A program made the position numbers and the translations under genes. A stretch of DNA of 63,829 bases, the filler included, from Collodictyon triciliatum (lineage: Eukaryota): NCBI GenBank assembly GCA_043381765.1. It is 8 parts of 8 records of this genome, joined end to end, with 100 filler letters (N's around TTAATTAATTAA, not from the genome) between each part and the next. Parts side by side here need not be neighbours in the genome. Positions count along the whole stretch, not along the records: positions 61,515 to 63,829 come from JBHJMP010003185.1; 7 more parts are not named here. The stretch is one strand, 5' to 3'. Each line of letters begins with the position of its first letter. The first letter of the stretch is position 1. Below the pieces are notes generated by a model. That model saw nothing but the letters and a program-made list of their open reading frames with translations. It was not told the origin of the DNA and made no database searches. Shown in pieces: positions 61,614 through 63,829 of this stretch.

Positions 61614-62075
61614 AATGATCAAAAAGAGATAAAATCAAAACTTTATGTGGTGCGCCCAAAGAAGGAAATTGCTTGACATAAAGTTAAAAAAGCCACCACC
61701 ATAGTACCAGGATAGAGCGGAATAGTCGCCACCGTAATAATCCAAGAGATTATTCTGCGAAATAATGTCATACAAATAAAAGAACATAACTACTGATTTA
61801 GCGTTGTTTTCGTAAAGCGTGTTTACAAATTGATTATCCACCATACCAAGACGAGACACCATATTTAATCTCCCAATTTCTGTTTACATACTTTTCCTTG
61901 TAATCACCATATCAAGTTTATGGAAAAGAATATGGCAGACGTTTTGATGGAAGAATCTTTCTCTCGCAATGGAACAGAAAGCTGCGAAAAAGCTCAAGGT
62001 ATGTTATTCTTAGTTCAAGAAGAAAAATAAAAGAGAATATTCTGCAGTCATTTCCTGAAGAAAGTGTACAAATCG

Positions 62076-63195
62076 ATGGCATATTTTCAACGCATCGCAG
62101 AGGCCGCAAAGTATCTAGAATCAGCAACATGTGAAGCACAAGTGCAAGAATCCCTTGCAAGGTTGAGATGTATCATCAACTCTCTCCCCCTGCTCTCTCC
62201 TACGGAAAAGGAAGCTATCTACAAAGTTGGGTGTAGAGTCTGGAATACGTGTCTCACAAAAGGCCACATAATTGAGCATTTAAGCGAAACGATACTAAAT
62301 CTGCAACGTAAGCAAACACTCATTCTCCTAACAGTTTTTATTAGACGCTACCAAGATATTCCTTCTGACGCAATAGTGAAAGTATTTCCCCCTTTTTTTC
62401 TTCTCTCGATTCCATGGTCTTTGAAATCGTGCTTTAGTTCGAGTAGTTGCGTGTGACCTGATGCTATGTTTCATGACACCGGGGAAGCTATCACCATCCG
62501 ATGGCTCAAAAATGCTACTTAGATACTCCAAGACAGCAAAGATGTGGGCAGGTAATCCAAAAGGCCGAGGGCACATAATTGAGAAACGTATCTCTAATTT
62601 ACGATAATATCCCATACATCTAAAGTTGTTGAAAATAAGGTGTAATCATTAAGCCAATAACAGCTCCTTTTTTTAAAAATTTTTTTAATAATAATAATAT
62701 ACACCTATTAAATTAATACAATACATATATTTTATTTTAGAACAATGTAAATATAGTATGGCAGAAGTGTGCTTCGATAAAGCAGAGGAGGTGAGAGAAT
62801 AAAATAAAATAAATAAAAAATTCAACCATACCATATCGCCACAGAATGATTTAGATATGACAAATCATAAAGTATTTAGACGAATCTGGAGCCCCGGAGA
62901 TAATATCTGCTTTTGTTACACTGTGCATTTACAAAACACAATTGGTAATATTTTAGGTGAGTCGATTGAAGTTGTGAACGTAAATAATGAAAACTAATTT
63001 ATCGTAGGTAACTTTCGAAAATTACGCCGTTGATTCCCTGATTACTATCCAAAAAGCCTCAATCATTTTAGAGCAGAGTATAAAGGTATGTACGCTTGGA
63101 ACCCTTTTAAAAAAAATTATACTTACGGATGCGGATATAACTTTTATTCCACTTTTTTTTTTTTTTTTTTTTTTTAAGGTTTTTTTTTTTTTTTA

Positions 63196-63226
<31 letters not shown>

Positions 63227-63829
63227 GATTCTAGTGTATTTGAAGCTTCATGCTTCGAAATAGAGAGACTATCTATGGCATGCTATAATGCTGGAGTTGA
63301 TTTATGCAAGGAGTCAAAATATGAACTCTCCCTACCATGGCTTTCCATCTCTCAAAAACTTTATGCTTTATCACCAAAAAAATGCTTTTCCAAGCAAGCA
63401 CGTACTTTAAGGTTATTGTCTCATGCATACCACAGCACTAATGATTACCAAAAGGCCTGGTATTCTGCATCTTTGGCGAATAAGGTGTCATTTTAATTGT
63501 ATGGATGTAGTATGCTTTATGATTCATCAAGTGAAAGAGAAAAAAAATGAAAAATGAAAAATGATTCATCAAGTTACATTTCCTGATTTTGTGATGACAT
63601 CATAGGCTTTTGAGTCTATTTCAGGTCTCTGTCTCCAAGCGCAAATAGCTATACACTTGAACGAAAAAGATTTTTCTGATTCTATTTCAAAAGTGTTTGC
63701 TCATCCCGAGAAACCAATAGAGCAGTATGTTACTTAGCTTTTCCAATATGAGTAAACAACCCCCCCCCCCCCCCCCCCCCCCACTTTTTTTTTTTTTTTT
63801 TTTTTTTGCTCCTATTTATATATAATTAT
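62076..63829 (+). CDS. TEX11: Meiotic ZMM TPR protein ZIP4/SPO22/TEX11, 5' part (runs off window; start codon uncertain)
   Basis: Exons: AIYKVGCRVWNTC; LRVVACDLM...RYSKTAKMWAEQCKYSMAEVCFDKA; CYNAGVDLCKESKYELSLPWLSIS...KQARTLRLLSHAY...ASLANK. This is the pattern of the SPO22/ZIP4 domain. Confidence 0.82.

Noticed and set aside
61635..61862. Minus-strand ORF (NNLLDYYGGDYSALSWYYGG) divergent from ZIP4
   Set aside because: It could be the first exon(s) of a membrane protein cut by the scaffold edge, but no family could be assigned.

Overview
This window is eukaryotic nuclear DNA: AT-rich, intron-dense (GT-AG, a few GC-AG) and microsatellite-rich. It is not one locus. About 8 separate scaffolds are joined by artificial 100-nt spacers (44 N + TTAATTAATTAA + 44 N), so adjacency across spacers means nothing. 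Gene content points to a flagellated, mitochondriate, probably sexual microbial eukaryote (protist or zoosporic fungus; inference). Genes I could splice by hand: a complete CatSper2-type Ca2+ channel; a glutaryl-CoA dehydrogenase homologue whose catalytic Glu is replaced by Asp; a large RNF213/mysterin-like AAA+ fragment; RRP7; AMPK-alpha/SNF1; a TmcB-like multi-PAS membrane protein with two FixL-type His motifs; mitoribosomal mL44; the WD40 tail of a BEACH-type protein; an intronless ubiquitin-like + NEURL4-type ADP-ribosyltransferase-fold gene; HEATR5; and meiotic ZIP4/TEX11. One scaffold (about 18.7-28 kb) holds only intron-retaining pseudogenes (CTU1, RidA, WDR27 and unidentified relics). 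There are also non-LTR retroelement remnants. Homology calls rest on motif recognition from memory, not database searches. Exon boundaries are manual and approximate.
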